This document shows, in pieces, positions 29,135 through 38,522 of a stretch of 64,000 nucleotides of DNA. How positions within the stretch are numbered: the stretch's first letter is position 1; each line of letters opens with the position of its first letter. The position numbers and the translations under genes are program-made. A model generated the notes under the pieces. It saw nothing but the letters and a program-made list of their open reading frames with translations. It made no database searches and was not told where the DNA came from. The stretch is from assembly GCA_963772835.1 (NCBI GenBank), contig CAVYYZ010000008.1:128001-192000 (forward strand), in the 5' to 3' direction. Origin of the DNA: an uncultured delta proteobacterium (GTDB taxonomy: Bacteria > Desulfobacterota > Desulfuromonadia > Geobacterales > Pseudopelobacteraceae).

Positions 29135-30471
29135 AATATCAGGAAACCGAAACCGTTGAACTAAAGAAATCAACCTCTGAACTTAAGGAGGCGGTGATCT
29201 CCATTGTGGCGATGCTGAACAAACACCAGGGGGGTGAAGTATTGTTCGGCGTTAAGAATGATGGGACGGTTGTCGGCCAGCAGGTTTCAGATAAAACGAT
29301 GAGGGATGTCTCCAAATCGATTTCCGAACATATTGAACCAAAAATCTACCCCGTTGTTGAACAAGTCTCCGTTGACGGTAAACAGTGCATCAAGGTGCAG
29401 GTCGATGGCGGCGAGCATCCTTATTATGCCTATGGACGAGCATATATCCGTGTGGGTGATGAAGATCGGCAATTAAGTGCCAAAGAGCTGGAAAGTATGG
29501 TCCTGACCAAGAACCGTGACCGACTCCGCTGGGATACTGAGGTTTGCGAAAAAGCGACCGTCGATGACATTAGTGCCAGCAAGCTCAAGTCATTCCTGAA
29601 GCTCTGCGGCCTCACCTATGACACAATCCCCAATTCCCTTGATAAACTGAATCTGGCCAAAGACGGCAAGTTGTTGAATGCCGCTGTACTCTGCTTTGCC
29701 CGTAAGCCAGAGAAACTCTTTCCCAATGCCAGGTTACGCTGTGCGGTATTCGGTACGCTGGACACTACCGTTACCATTGATATGAAGGACTTTTACGGAG
29801 ATGCTTTTACTCTGATCAGCAGGGCCGAAGAGTACGTTCTGGAGCATATCAATATCGGCATGCGACTGGACGGGTTGTTGCGGGTAGATGTTCCTGAGAT
29901 TGACCGTGAAGCGATTCGTGAAGCGATTATCAATGCATTCTGTCACCGGGATTACCGTGAGTATGATTCAGTCAATATCGCCATCTTCAAGGATCGTATC
30001 GAGGTAAGAAGCCCTGGCCTTCTGTATGGTGGGCTTACTATCGACAGCATCAGAAAGAAAATGGTATCTGCCCGGCGTAACGAGTTGCTGGCTGAGCTGT
30101 TCCAACGCAGCCACCGCATTGAGAAATGGGGCCGTGGAATCAAGATGATTCTGGAGCGGGAACCTGCCACAGAGTTTGAGGAGATAGGAACCGTACAGTT
30201 TATCGTCACGTTTAAACGGAAAGCCGGTGAATTGAGTACCGGCGTTTTTCAGGGAACCGGTACCCAGAAAAGTTCACAGAAAAGTTCACAGAAAATTCTT
30301 GATATGATAGTCTCCAATCCGCATATCACCATCAGGGAGATGGCAGACGTCCTGAAGATCACGGACCGGGCAATTAAGAAGAATATCGAAAGCCTGAAGA
30401 AGGAAGGCGTACTCAAGCGTGTTGGTCCGGATAAAGGCGGGTCTTGGGAGGTCATAAGCAATCCCGAATGA
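29131..30471 (+). CDS. Schlafen/AlbA_2 domain + HATPase_c_4 (RecG-C-like) + wHTH protein
   Basis: ETETVELKKS..AMLNKHQGGEVLFGV; AIREAIINAFCHRDY; IEKWGRGI; C-terminal NPHITIREMA..LKRVGPDKGGSW. Confidence 0.88.
   Translation: MKYQETETVELKKSTSELKEAVISIVAMLNKHQGGEVLFGVKNDGTVVGQQVSDKTMRDVSKSISEHIEPKIYPVVEQVSVDGKQCIKVQVDGGEHPYYAYGRAYIRVGDEDRQLSAKELESMVLTKNRDRLRWDTEVCEKATVDDISASKLKSFLKLCGLTYDTIPNSLDKLNLAKDGKLLNAAVLCFARKPEKLFPNARLRCAVFGTLDTTVTIDMKDFYGDAFTLISRAEEYVLEHINIGMRLDGLLRVDVPEIDREAIREAIINAFCHRDYREYDSVNIAIFKDRIEVRSPGLLYGGLTIDSIRKKMVSARRNELLAELFQRSHRIEKWGRGIKMILEREPATEFEEIGTVQFIVTFKRKAGELSTGVFQGTGTQKSSQKSSQKILDMIVSNPHITIREMADVLKITDRAIKKNIESLKKEGVLKRVGPDKGGSWEVISNPE
30262..30297 (+). repeat. In-frame 12-bp tandem repeat (TQKSSQKSSQK)
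   Basis: ACCCAGAAAAGTTCACAGAAAAGTTCACAGAAAATT. Confidence 0.85.
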
Positions 30472-30566
30472 CTGATCACCTCAACAAGGAAATGCGTTCG
30501 TGGAATATGAGCCGGATTCGTAGCAAGGATACGAAGCCGGAAATCGCTCTGCCTACTTTGGCCTGA
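30468..30566 (+). pseudogene. vsr: Truncated very-short-patch repair endonuclease (Vsr) N-terminus
   Basis: MTDHLNKEMRSWNMSRIRSKDTKPEIALPTLA*; RSWNMSRIRSKDTKPE is the Vsr N-terminal signature; ATGA overlap with upstream stop. Confidence 0.85.
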
Positions 30567-30576
30567 AAGGAATTTT

Positions 30577-32148
30577 ATGGGGAAAGAATCCTTTATTGAA
30601 TATTTGAGAGGTGTATCGGCTGAGAATAGTGGCAAGCCGTCAGCATACTCAAAAGCAATGGAAGTGATTGAAGAAACATTTTTTTCTAAAGCACTTACCG
30701 CAACTACTGATGTCTGGAATTTTATCACAGTAGAAAATATCGATGCGCTTTACGAAGTTGTATTGAGAGAGCAAAGAAATGAAAATGGAATATTTAAGGA
30801 TTACAAGCCTCCAAGTTATTGGAGAGACGGTTATTGCTCTGCAGCATTAAAAGAGTACAAACAATTTTTACAGCGAAATCGTCAACCAGAACATCGTACG
30901 CAACTGCCCGCACATTCTATGCTTATTCCATCAGAATCTGAGACTATTTTTCTTCCCAAACCTTTCCTTCTCCTGGCCGGTATCTCAGGCACCGGAAAAA
31001 CCCGATTCGTTCGCGAACAGGCAAATGCTTCAGCTTCACTTTTCAGCTTACCAGAAGGCGATAACTACTGCCTTGTCCCCGTTCGTCCAGATTGGCACGA
31101 ACCATCCGATCTTCTTGGCTATATCTCCCGCATTGGCTGTGATGGCCCCCGCTATGTAGTTACAGATCTGCTCCGCTTCATTGTGGCAGCTTGGAAATAT
31201 ACTGCAGAAACCGCATCCGCTGCAGGGATAATCTATAAACCATTCGACACTGTGTGTCCTTATTGGCTTTGCCTTGACGAGATGAACCTGGCTCCGGTTG
31301 AGCAGTATTTCGCTGATTATCTGTCCATTCTTGAAACCCGCAAATGGGAGAATGGTGCCTATTCATGTGATCCTCTACTCAAGTCGGCAGTAATTAAGCA
31401 GCAGCTTGACGAAGTAGGTCAGATCGATTTATGGAAAAGGCTGGGTATCGATGATGTCGAATCTGCCGGACTGGTAGAGTTTTTTACAGAATATGGAATC
31501 GCGCTGCCTCCCAATCTAATCGTGGCCGGCACGGTTAATATGGATGAGACCACTCATGGCTTTTCACGCAAGGTTATTGATAGGGCCCTGACTTTTGATT
31601 TCGGCGAGTTCTTCCCTAATGATTATGGCCAGTATTACGAAGCTGACAAACTGCAGTCAGTCAGACCGCTCGGCTTTCCACGTATGTCAGGAGTGCACCA
31701 TGAAGATGCTCTTGCTTCAGTATCTGCTGACAGGGACGGTCGAAATACAATCCGCTTTTTGAATGCAGTCAATGGAATCCTTAGAGATACTCCCTTCGAG
31801 CTTGCCTATCGTGCTTTGAATGAAGCCTTGCTCTCAGTTGTCTGTTTCAATCCTGCTGATGAAATCCAATTGCAGGCGGTCTGGGATGACTTTTTGATGA
31901 TGAAAGTCCTCCCAAGGATTGAGGGTGATGCAGAAAAACTGGGCTATGAAGGCGAGGATACCGGACGGTTGATTGAATTATCACAGCTTCTGAAGATGGA
32001 ATTGGCAGCTATCGTTGATGGCAGACCTGACCTGTTGAGAGTCAATGCTGATGGATCAGCGGCTCAATCCTCGTGCCGGTCGTTGAAGAAACTCGCATGG
32101 ATGCAAAAGCGTCTGTCCGCAAGCAGCTTTACATCTTTCTGGCCGTAG
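30577..32148 (+). CDS. McrB-family AAA+ GTPase
   Basis: LLAGISGTGKT Walker A, VPVRPDW, LCLDEMNLAPVEQYFADYLS, GTVNMDETT..FSRKVIDRA, KVLPRIEG. Confidence 0.9.
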   Translation: MGKESFIEYLRGVSAENSGKPSAYSKAMEVIEETFFSKALTATTDVWNFITVENIDALYEVVLREQRNENGIFKDYKPPSYWRDGYCSAALKEYKQFLQRNRQPEHRTQLPAHSMLIPSESETIFLPKPFLLLAGISGTGKTRFVREQANASASLFSLPEGDNYCLVPVRPDWHEPSDLLGYISRIGCDGPRYVVTDLLRFIVAAWKYTAETASAAGIIYKPFDTVCPYWLCLDEMNLAPVEQYFADYLSILETRKWENGAYSCDPLLKSAVIKQQLDEVGQIDLWKRLGIDDVESAGLVEFFTEYGIALPPNLIVAGTVNMDETTHGFSRKVIDRALTFDFGEFFPNDYGQYYEADKLQSVRPLGFPRMSGVHHEDALASVSADRDGRNTIRFLNAVNGILRDTPFELAYRALNEALLSVVCFNPADEIQLQAVWDDFLMMKVLPRIEGDAEKLGYEGEDTGRLIELSQLLKMELAAIVDGRPDLLRVNADGSAAQSSCRSLKKLAWMQKRLSASSFTSFWP

Positions 32149-32161
32149 CCGGTGCTTTACT

Positions 32162-34525
32162 GTGCCTGAAGTAGTCAGGATACATACCGCTGAATGGAAT
32201 CTTTCTGTCTGGACGAAGAATATAAGTGTTCCGACCGCTCGTCTTGCGTTAACTCTTGAAGCCAGAGGAAAAGAACTTCCTGCTGGTGCAGTCCACTTGT
32301 TTCCCGCTCTGAAAGTTTCCGGCGTCATCCCCGAACCAATAAATTCCATTGATGAAAAAATAGCTGAATTATCTATTCCAGAACCGGTTTTTTTCGAAAA
32401 CCGACTCTATGAGTTTGAATTTCAGTTTTCCGGCAGCAGTTCAGCCGCCTGTCCCGAAATCATTCACTGGCGCACCGATGTAGTAGATGCCTTCCACCCG
32501 TCAGGAAACAGTCTCAGGGGAAGTATCAACTTCGGCAATGATGTGGGCTGGTTTCGACTGGGGCTGAAGTTTAACAACGGTCAGAAGGAGCAAACACAGT
32601 TTTTATCCTTTGAAGTGCTGCCGACCAAGATGGATCTGGCGGGAGACTTTGATCAGATTCACCGGGATATTGATAGTACCTATCCGCTCTGGCGGTTTTC
32701 GTTTGCCCAGAAAACCGAGCATGAACTTGCAAAGTCACGGAAACCGCATGAACGTTTTCCGCTTCTCTGGCTGGCATTATTTAAAAGCCTGCGTACGGAA
32801 CTTCAGGAAGCTGTAAAACTGATCTGCAGGTCTCCTCATGCGCGGCTTCTCCCGCAGGAGAAATTCCTACGTCCCGACCGTCTTAAAGGAAGACTTACGC
32901 CGCGCCTGGAAGAACAGGTGACGGAACAGTGCCGGAACGGGGAAGCCCATCGCCGTCACAGGATAGAGACCCGCCGACTGTCGGTTGATACGCCTGAGAA
33001 CCGATTTGTGAAAATGGTGATAACCCGCTGTGTGAAGGAGATATCAATATTCAGTCATAGAGCACGATTGAATAATGCCGTGCCGGACAGAGAAAAACTC
33101 AGTCGGGCTTTTTTTGATGAGTTGGAGAGCTGGCAGAAACCCCTTGAGCAAAGGCTTGCAGAACCCCTGTTTCGTGAAGTCAGCAGTTTCAACGGATTGT
33201 CAGGGGAGTCTCTGGTACTTCATCACAGAGCCGGTTATGCAAAAGTCTACCGAATCTGGCAGGAACTGAAGCTGTATCTTGACCTGTTCGGTCGTCAGGC
33301 AGCAATCTCGATGAAGTCGGTATCAGAGCTGTATGAAGTATGGTGTCTGCTTGAGATGCGCCGCATGCTGATCGATCTGGGTTTTATTGAAGTGGAATCG
33401 CGTAAAGCTGCATTACGGACAAAAGGTCTGGAAAAGGATCTGGTAGACGGCATGGGCACTGCATTCCGCTTTATAAGGCGTGACGGGCTGAAGATCCGTC
33501 TGGCCCATGAACCGCCGTTTTCCGTTACGAACAAGCCTGATGCCAGAGGCATCTACTCCTGGACAACCCCCCAGAAGCCGGACATTCTTCTTGAAGCATC
33601 TTTTCCTGACAACAGCAGGATCAGATGGATCTTTGATGCAAAATACCGGATTGCCTCTGAAGACGGCAATGATGACCTTATTCCCGATGATGCAATCAAT
33701 CAGATGCACCGTTACCGTGATGCACTGATACATCTGTCCGCCGGGGATGACGGTGTTACAGAAAAAAGCCGTCCAATTGTGGGAGCATTTGTGCTCTATC
33801 CCGGATGGTTTGATGAAGAGACCGGTACAAACCCGTATGCTGCAGCTGTTGAGTCTGTCGGCATCGGAGGGTTCCCGCTTCTGCCGGGACGTGACAACCT
33901 TTGGCTAAAGTCATTTCTGAAAGAGAAATTCGGGGATACTGTAAGAACATTAGCGCTTGATGCTGACGAACATCGGCTGCATGAGTCAGTCAGAATTCCG
34001 CCGACCGGCCTGAAGCTTGAACAGTACAGCGATCTGACGCTGGCCGCCTCGCTCGGCGGCATAGCCGGCAGAGACAGGGGGTATGTCAACCGGTTTCTGG
34101 AAGGTACTGCCGGCTGGTATCACCTGCCGGTCAGCACTCAGGAAAACAGAAAAATCCCCCGGTCAGTCATGCGGGAAGTTCGATTCTGTGCGGTTTCAAT
34201 CCATCAGCCCGGCGCGCATGACCGGCTGATCGAATACCTTTATGACGTCAAATCGCTCAGGCTGGTGAAACGCTGCAACCTGACGGTCGAACAGGCCGGA
34301 AGCCTGGCACCGGGAAATGATAACGAGTACTGGCTGTTTGAACTCGGGCCGGCTCGACAGCTCTCCAGTCCTATACAAATCGGAGGCGTCCGCCCGTTCC
34401 GTTTCCGCCTGACTTCCGCAAGCGGGATGCTGGTCGGGAAACCCTGGCAGGAACTGGAGGACCGGTACACGGGTGTAACCGGCAGGGTATCAACACGTGC
34501 GTCGGGAGGATCGCCGATATCATGA
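32162..34525 (+). CDS. McrC-like DUF2357 + PD-(D/E)XK nuclease with C-terminal extension
   Basis: DTPENRFVK, LYEVWC, QKPDILLE, FDAKYRI, INQMHRYRDAL; directly follows mcrB-like gene; GTG start. Confidence 0.87.
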   Translation: MPEVVRIHTAEWNLSVWTKNISVPTARLALTLEARGKELPAGAVHLFPALKVSGVIPEPINSIDEKIAELSIPEPVFFENRLYEFEFQFSGSSSAACPEIIHWRTDVVDAFHPSGNSLRGSINFGNDVGWFRLGLKFNNGQKEQTQFLSFEVLPTKMDLAGDFDQIHRDIDSTYPLWRFSFAQKTEHELAKSRKPHERFPLLWLALFKSLRTELQEAVKLICRSPHARLLPQEKFLRPDRLKGRLTPRLEEQVTEQCRNGEAHRRHRIETRRLSVDTPENRFVKMVITRCVKEISIFSHRARLNNAVPDREKLSRAFFDELESWQKPLEQRLAEPLFREVSSFNGLSGESLVLHHRAGYAKVYRIWQELKLYLDLFGRQAAISMKSVSELYEVWCLLEMRRMLIDLGFIEVESRKAALRTKGLEKDLVDGMGTAFRFIRRDGLKIRLAHEPPFSVTNKPDARGIYSWTTPQKPDILLEASFPDNSRIRWIFDAKYRIASEDGNDDLIPDDAINQMHRYRDALIHLSAGDDGVTEKSRPIVGAFVLYPGWFDEETGTNPYAAAVESVGIGGFPLLPGRDNLWLKSFLKEKFGDTVRTLALDADEHRLHESVRIPPTGLKLEQYSDLTLAASLGGIAGRDRGYVNRFLEGTAGWYHLPVSTQENRKIPRSVMREVRFCAVSIHQPGAHDRLIEYLYDVKSLRLVKRCNLTVEQAGSLAPGNDNEYWLFELGPARQLSSPIQIGGVRPFRFRLTSASGMLVGKPWQELEDRYTGVTGRVSTRASGGSPIS

Positions 34526-34620
34526 GCAACCATATCCAGGCCAAAGGTGCAACGCCGGATTCCGCCCAAGGAGTGATGAGTTTTTGATGCACATATCATC
34601 CAGACAAATCGAGTGCTGAC

Positions 34621-36072
34621 ATGACCATAACCCGCAAGAGAATATTCATCAGCAGCGTCCAGAAAGAGTTTTCCCAGGTTCGCCGGGATCTCAAGGCGTT
34701 TCTTATGGGAGATGCGGTTCTGCGACGCTTTGTTTCGGACGTCTTTTTGTTCGAGGAACTTCCGGCACGGGACCAGCGTGCCGATACGGTCTATCTGGAA
34801 GAGGTCGAACGGTGCGACATCTATCTGGGCATCTTCGGCTATGAGTACGGTTTTGAGGATGCAGACGGTGTTTCTCCGACAGAGCGTGAATATGATCATG
34901 CCGGCCGTCATGGCAAACCCCGACTGGTATATGTCTGGGGTTCCGATGACAAACAGCGCCACCCCAAGATGCGGCAGCTTGTCAGTAAGGCAAGCAATGA
35001 GCTGATCCGCCGCCGTATTGAAGATGCCAGCGCTCTGACTGCCGAGGTCTATGCAAGTCTCGTGGACTATCTCGACACCAGCGGTGCACTGCGGGTGCCC
35101 CCCTTCGACACATCTCCCTGTGAGGAGGCAACCCTGAAAGACATATCCCGCAAGCGGGTTGAGTGGTTCCTGGATACCGCCCGCCGTGAACGCGGATTTC
35201 CGTTGAAATCAAACACCAGTACCCAGGCGCTGCTGACCCACCTTAACCTCTTTCATGAGCACAAGCCCACCAATGCCGCGATCATGCTCTTCGGCAGCAA
35301 CCCGCAGAAATTCCACCGTACTGCCGAAACCAAGTGCATGCATTGCCGGGGCACGGAATATCGGCGCCCATTTGTTTCGATGCAGGTCTATGGTGGTGAT
35401 CTTTTCGAGCAGGCAAACCTTGCCCGCGATTTTGTTCTCGACCGGATTGACCGCGCTGTCGGCGTCAGGGATGTCAGCATTACTGCGCCTGCGACCTATG
35501 AACTCCCTCCCGATGCCGTGGGCGAAGCCATCGTCAATGCCATTGCCCACCGGGACTATCACAGCAATGCCTCTGTTGAGGTTCGACTGTTTGCTGACAG
35601 GCTCGAAATCTGGAATCCTGGTTCGTTGCCTGGCACCCTCACCATGGACAGCCTCCGGCATGATCACCCGTCAGTGCCATTTAACCCGCTTCTGGCCGAG
35701 TCGCTCTACCTGGCCCGCTATATTGAACGCGTCGGTTCCGGCACCCAGACCATGATCGAACTCTGCCGGGAAGCCGGACTGCCGGAACCGCAGTTTGAAC
35801 AGCGAGAGGGGTTTTTTGTTACAACCATCTGGCGTGACTGGTTGACTCCGGAAATTCTCGCCGGTATGACCCTGAATGAGCGGCAAATATTAGCGGTGGC
35901 GTATCTCAAAACAAACGGCAAAATTTCTAATAAGGAATATCAGCAGGTTACCAATGCAATTAAAAAGACATCTACCCGTGATCTGAACGATCTTAAAGAA
36001 AAGGGAATCGTTGAGCAGGTTGGCACAAAAGGACCGAGCGTTCACTATGTGATCAGAAAAATAGGGACATAA
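34621..36072 (+). CDS. DUF4062-like domain + HATPase_c_4 + wHTH protein
   Basis: RIFISSVQKEF..YLEEVERCDIYLGIFGYEYG..SPTEREY; EAIVNAIAHRDY; IERVGSGT; LNERQ..ISNKEYQ..TRDLNDL wHTH. Confidence 0.88.
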   Translation: MTITRKRIFISSVQKEFSQVRRDLKAFLMGDAVLRRFVSDVFLFEELPARDQRADTVYLEEVERCDIYLGIFGYEYGFEDADGVSPTEREYDHAGRHGKPRLVYVWGSDDKQRHPKMRQLVSKASNELIRRRIEDASALTAEVYASLVDYLDTSGALRVPPFDTSPCEEATLKDISRKRVEWFLDTARRERGFPLKSNTSTQALLTHLNLFHEHKPTNAAIMLFGSNPQKFHRTAETKCMHCRGTEYRRPFVSMQVYGGDLFEQANLARDFVLDRIDRAVGVRDVSITAPATYELPPDAVGEAIVNAIAHRDYHSNASVEVRLFADRLEIWNPGSLPGTLTMDSLRHDHPSVPFNPLLAESLYLARYIERVGSGTQTMIELCREAGLPEPQFEQREGFFVTTIWRDWLTPEILAGMTLNERQILAVAYLKTNGKISNKEYQQVTNAIKKTSTRDLNDLKEKGIVEQVGTKGPSVHYVIRKIGT

Positions 36073-36227
36073 TAGGGACAATTGGGACATGGTTCTGATA
36101 GGGACATAATAGGGACAATAGGGACATACCCGATTTACGCCATAAATACGCCAAATGGGCCATAGTAACATGAAGCAGTCATGCGTTCAGGTGTGTTGAA
36201 CCCGACATAAGCCCACAAACCCTCCAT
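36061..36227 (+). repeat. Array of hexamer-triplet blocks at and after the DUF4062 gene stop
   Basis: GGGACA at 36064/36075/36084 and 36101/36112/36121; ACGCCA, ACGCCA, GGGCCA at 36137/36148/36157; CCGACA, CCCACA, CCTCCA at 36202/36212/36221. Confidence 0.85.
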
Positions 36228-36250
36228 TGGGTATCAAAGGTGGTATCATC

Positions 36251-37261
36251 ATGAAAACTGGCAGAAATGATCCCTGCCCTTGTGGCAGCGGTCTCAAATA
36301 CAAGAAATGCTGCGCCGACAAAGATGACGCAAGTGAACACCAGCGCGTCATGGGGCCGGTCATGGACGAACTGAAGGAATTACTCAAGGGCAAGAGCTTC
36401 GGTTCGCTGGATGAGGCCAACGCCTTTCTGCGTCAGCACAACCAGCAACGTAATCAAGCACCCAGCGACGATTTCCACGGCCTTTCTCCGGAACAGATGC
36501 ACCGGTTTCTGCACTTCCCGTTTGATACACCCTATCTGATTGCCTTCCCGTCCAGCCTCGACAGCCATCTGCAAGCCCCGATCCTTTCCCTGCTCAAGCT
36601 TTTGGTAGACGGCATCGGCGATGACGGTCTGAAGACCACCACCACCGGCAACCTGCCACGAAACTTCTGCCGGGAGTCGGCCCAAAGTTATTATGGTGAA
36701 GAGGAATACAAGAGAATATCCCGGTTCGGCGAACTGAGAACAGAACCGGAATTCAGGGTAATGCATACAACCCGGCTGGTTACCGAACTGGCCGGATTGA
36801 TCAGAAAATACAAGGGGAAATTTATCCTCAGCAGAGAGTGCCGGAAACTGCTGGCAGAACAGGGACAACCCGGCATCTACTCGCGGCTGTTCAGGGCCTT
36901 TGTCAGGGAATACAACTGGGCCTATCAGGATCACCTGGGAGAAATTGCCTTCATGCAGCAGTCATTTCTGTTCAGTCTCTATCTGATCTCCCGATATGGT
37001 GGTGAGTGGCGGAGCAGTATCTTCTATGAAGACAACTTCCTGCAGGCCTTTCCCAACCTGCTCCCGCAGGTACAGCCGGTCGGCAACTATTATTCGCCAG
37101 AGCAAGTGGTGCGGCTCAGTTATTCAGCCCGCTGTCTGGAACGGTTTGCCCGATTCTTTGGGCTGGTAGAAATTGAACGTAGCGGAAATGACCGCTATTC
37201 AGAAGAGTTCAGGGTGAGGAAATTGCCGCTTCTGGATCAGGTCGTCCAGTTTCATCTCTGA
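36251..37261 (+). CDS. SEC-C motif protein
   Basis: [21 protein letters not shown] at the N-terminus; [10 protein letters not shown]; remainder unassigned. Confidence 0.85.
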   Translation: MKTGRNDPCPCGSGLKYKKCCADKDDASEHQRVMGPVMDELKELLKGKSFGSLDEANAFLRQHNQQRNQAPSDDFHGLSPEQMHRFLHFPFDTPYLIAFPSSLDSHLQAPILSLLKLLVDGIGDDGLKTTTTGNLPRNFCRESAQSYYGEEEYKRISRFGELRTEPEFRVMHTTRLVTELAGLIRKYKGKFILSRECRKLLAEQGQPGIYSRLFRAFVREYNWAYQDHLGEIAFMQQSFLFSLYLISRYGGEWRSSIFYEDNFLQAFPNLLPQVQPVGNYYSPEQVVRLSYSARCLERFARFFGLVEIERSGNDRYSEEFRVRKLPLLDQVVQFHL

Positions 37262-37268
37262 GGTCATT

Positions 37269-38522
37269 ATGGTAAAAAAGAAAAAAACGGCTGATTCACT
37301 GGTTGACTTGCTGGAGGCGGCCAAGCCTGAGACGCTGATTAAATTGATTGCCGAGCTTGCGGAAGATCGGCCCGATGTTCGTCGCGAATGCTTTGACTAC
37401 CTGAAGAAACACGTCTCACTCACCCCTGCCCAGAAGACACGGTCGGAAGGCGAGATAGTCATGGCCCTTTGGTGGGAGTTGTCTCCCGACCTGGAGGAGC
37501 TCGACGATTGCGGTGGCGGTGACTACGGGACAGAAGATCATGTTGCAGACCTGCTGGACGAAATCCGGAAAAAACTGGTCAATTCAAAGGTTGAAGAACA
37601 GGTTCGTCGGGAACTTCTTGATGAAGTGCTGCCGTTCATCAAGAGCGGCAATGCCGGCTTGGATGATCCGCTTTATGATCTGGCCTATGCAACCTGCTAC
37701 AGTGATGAGGATTGGCGCCGTCTGGCACAGATGCTGGAAGCAATGAACAAGGATTGGCCGACCGATCACGCCCGACGGATTTATCGCAAACTTGGTGACC
37801 GGGCGAAATATCTGGAGTTGCGGCACAAAAAACTGGTGTACGGTGGCGACTACTATGATCTGGCCACTTTCTACTGGGACGAGGGCAACCGCGAGGAGTC
37901 CCTGTCGGTTGCTGAAGAGGGAAAGAAGAAAGGCCAGGGGCGGATGGATGAACTGCGAAAGTTCCTGTCCGACCGCGCCCGAGAGGGGGGCAACCGGGAA
38001 CAGTACCTTGCCCTCCAGTTCGAGCAGACAACGGATCATCTTACTCTGGCAAAATACACTGCCTTCAAAAAAACCTGTACCGCAGAAGAGTGGAAGATTC
38101 ACGAGCCCAAAATAATTGAGCGGCTGGATAAGGCCTGGTCCTCGGAAAGCCTCAAGATCAGGATGCAGCGTAAGGAATACGATCAGGCGGTAGCGATACT
38201 GCTCAAGGACAAATATCCCCGCTATGCCTGGGATTCAGGTGATGAACTGAAGACAGCAAAACAGCTGGAAGAGCGTTTCCCCGAACAGATCCTGACCTAT
38301 TATCTTTCAGGGCTCGGCAACCTGAACAATAATGCAACCCGCAAGGAATATACTGAGCGGGCCAAGGTCATGCTCAAGGTCAGGCATATGCTGGTGGATG
38401 TCATTAAGGACGAATCCAGATGGAAAGTTTTTGCCGGCAAGGTTAAGCGTGAAAACCTACGCCGACCGGCATTCCAGGAAGAATTCGGCAAGGTAATCGC
38501 AGGCTGGCGGGAACTTGTCTGA
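37269..38522 (+). CDS. Hypothetical alpha-helical (TPR-like) protein
   Basis: 417-aa ORF, GAGG RBS, charged helical composition, C-terminal RRPAFQEEF. Confidence 0.75.
   Translation: MVKKKKTADSLVDLLEAAKPETLIKLIAELAEDRPDVRRECFDYLKKHVSLTPAQKTRSEGEIVMALWWELSPDLEELDDCGGGDYGTEDHVADLLDEIRKKLVNSKVEEQVRRELLDEVLPFIKSGNAGLDDPLYDLAYATCYSDEDWRRLAQMLEAMNKDWPTDHARRIYRKLGDRAKYLELRHKKLVYGGDYYDLATFYWDEGNREESLSVAEEGKKKGQGRMDELRKFLSDRAREGGNREQYLALQFEQTTDHLTLAKYTAFKKTCTAEEWKIHEPKIIERLDKAWSSESLKIRMQRKEYDQAVAILLKDKYPRYAWDSGDELKTAKQLEERFPEQILTYYLSGLGNLNNNATRKEYTERAKVMLKVRHMLVDVIKDESRWKVFAGKVKRENLRRPAFQEEFGKVIAGWRELV

Noticed and set aside
34240..34962. 240-aa minus-strand ORF in the island
   Set aside because: Antisense to the mcrC-like and DUF4062 genes, with no recognisable motif
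36061..36227. CRISPR array
   Set aside because: No constant repeat alternating with unique spacers and no cas genes; reported as a different repeat type instead
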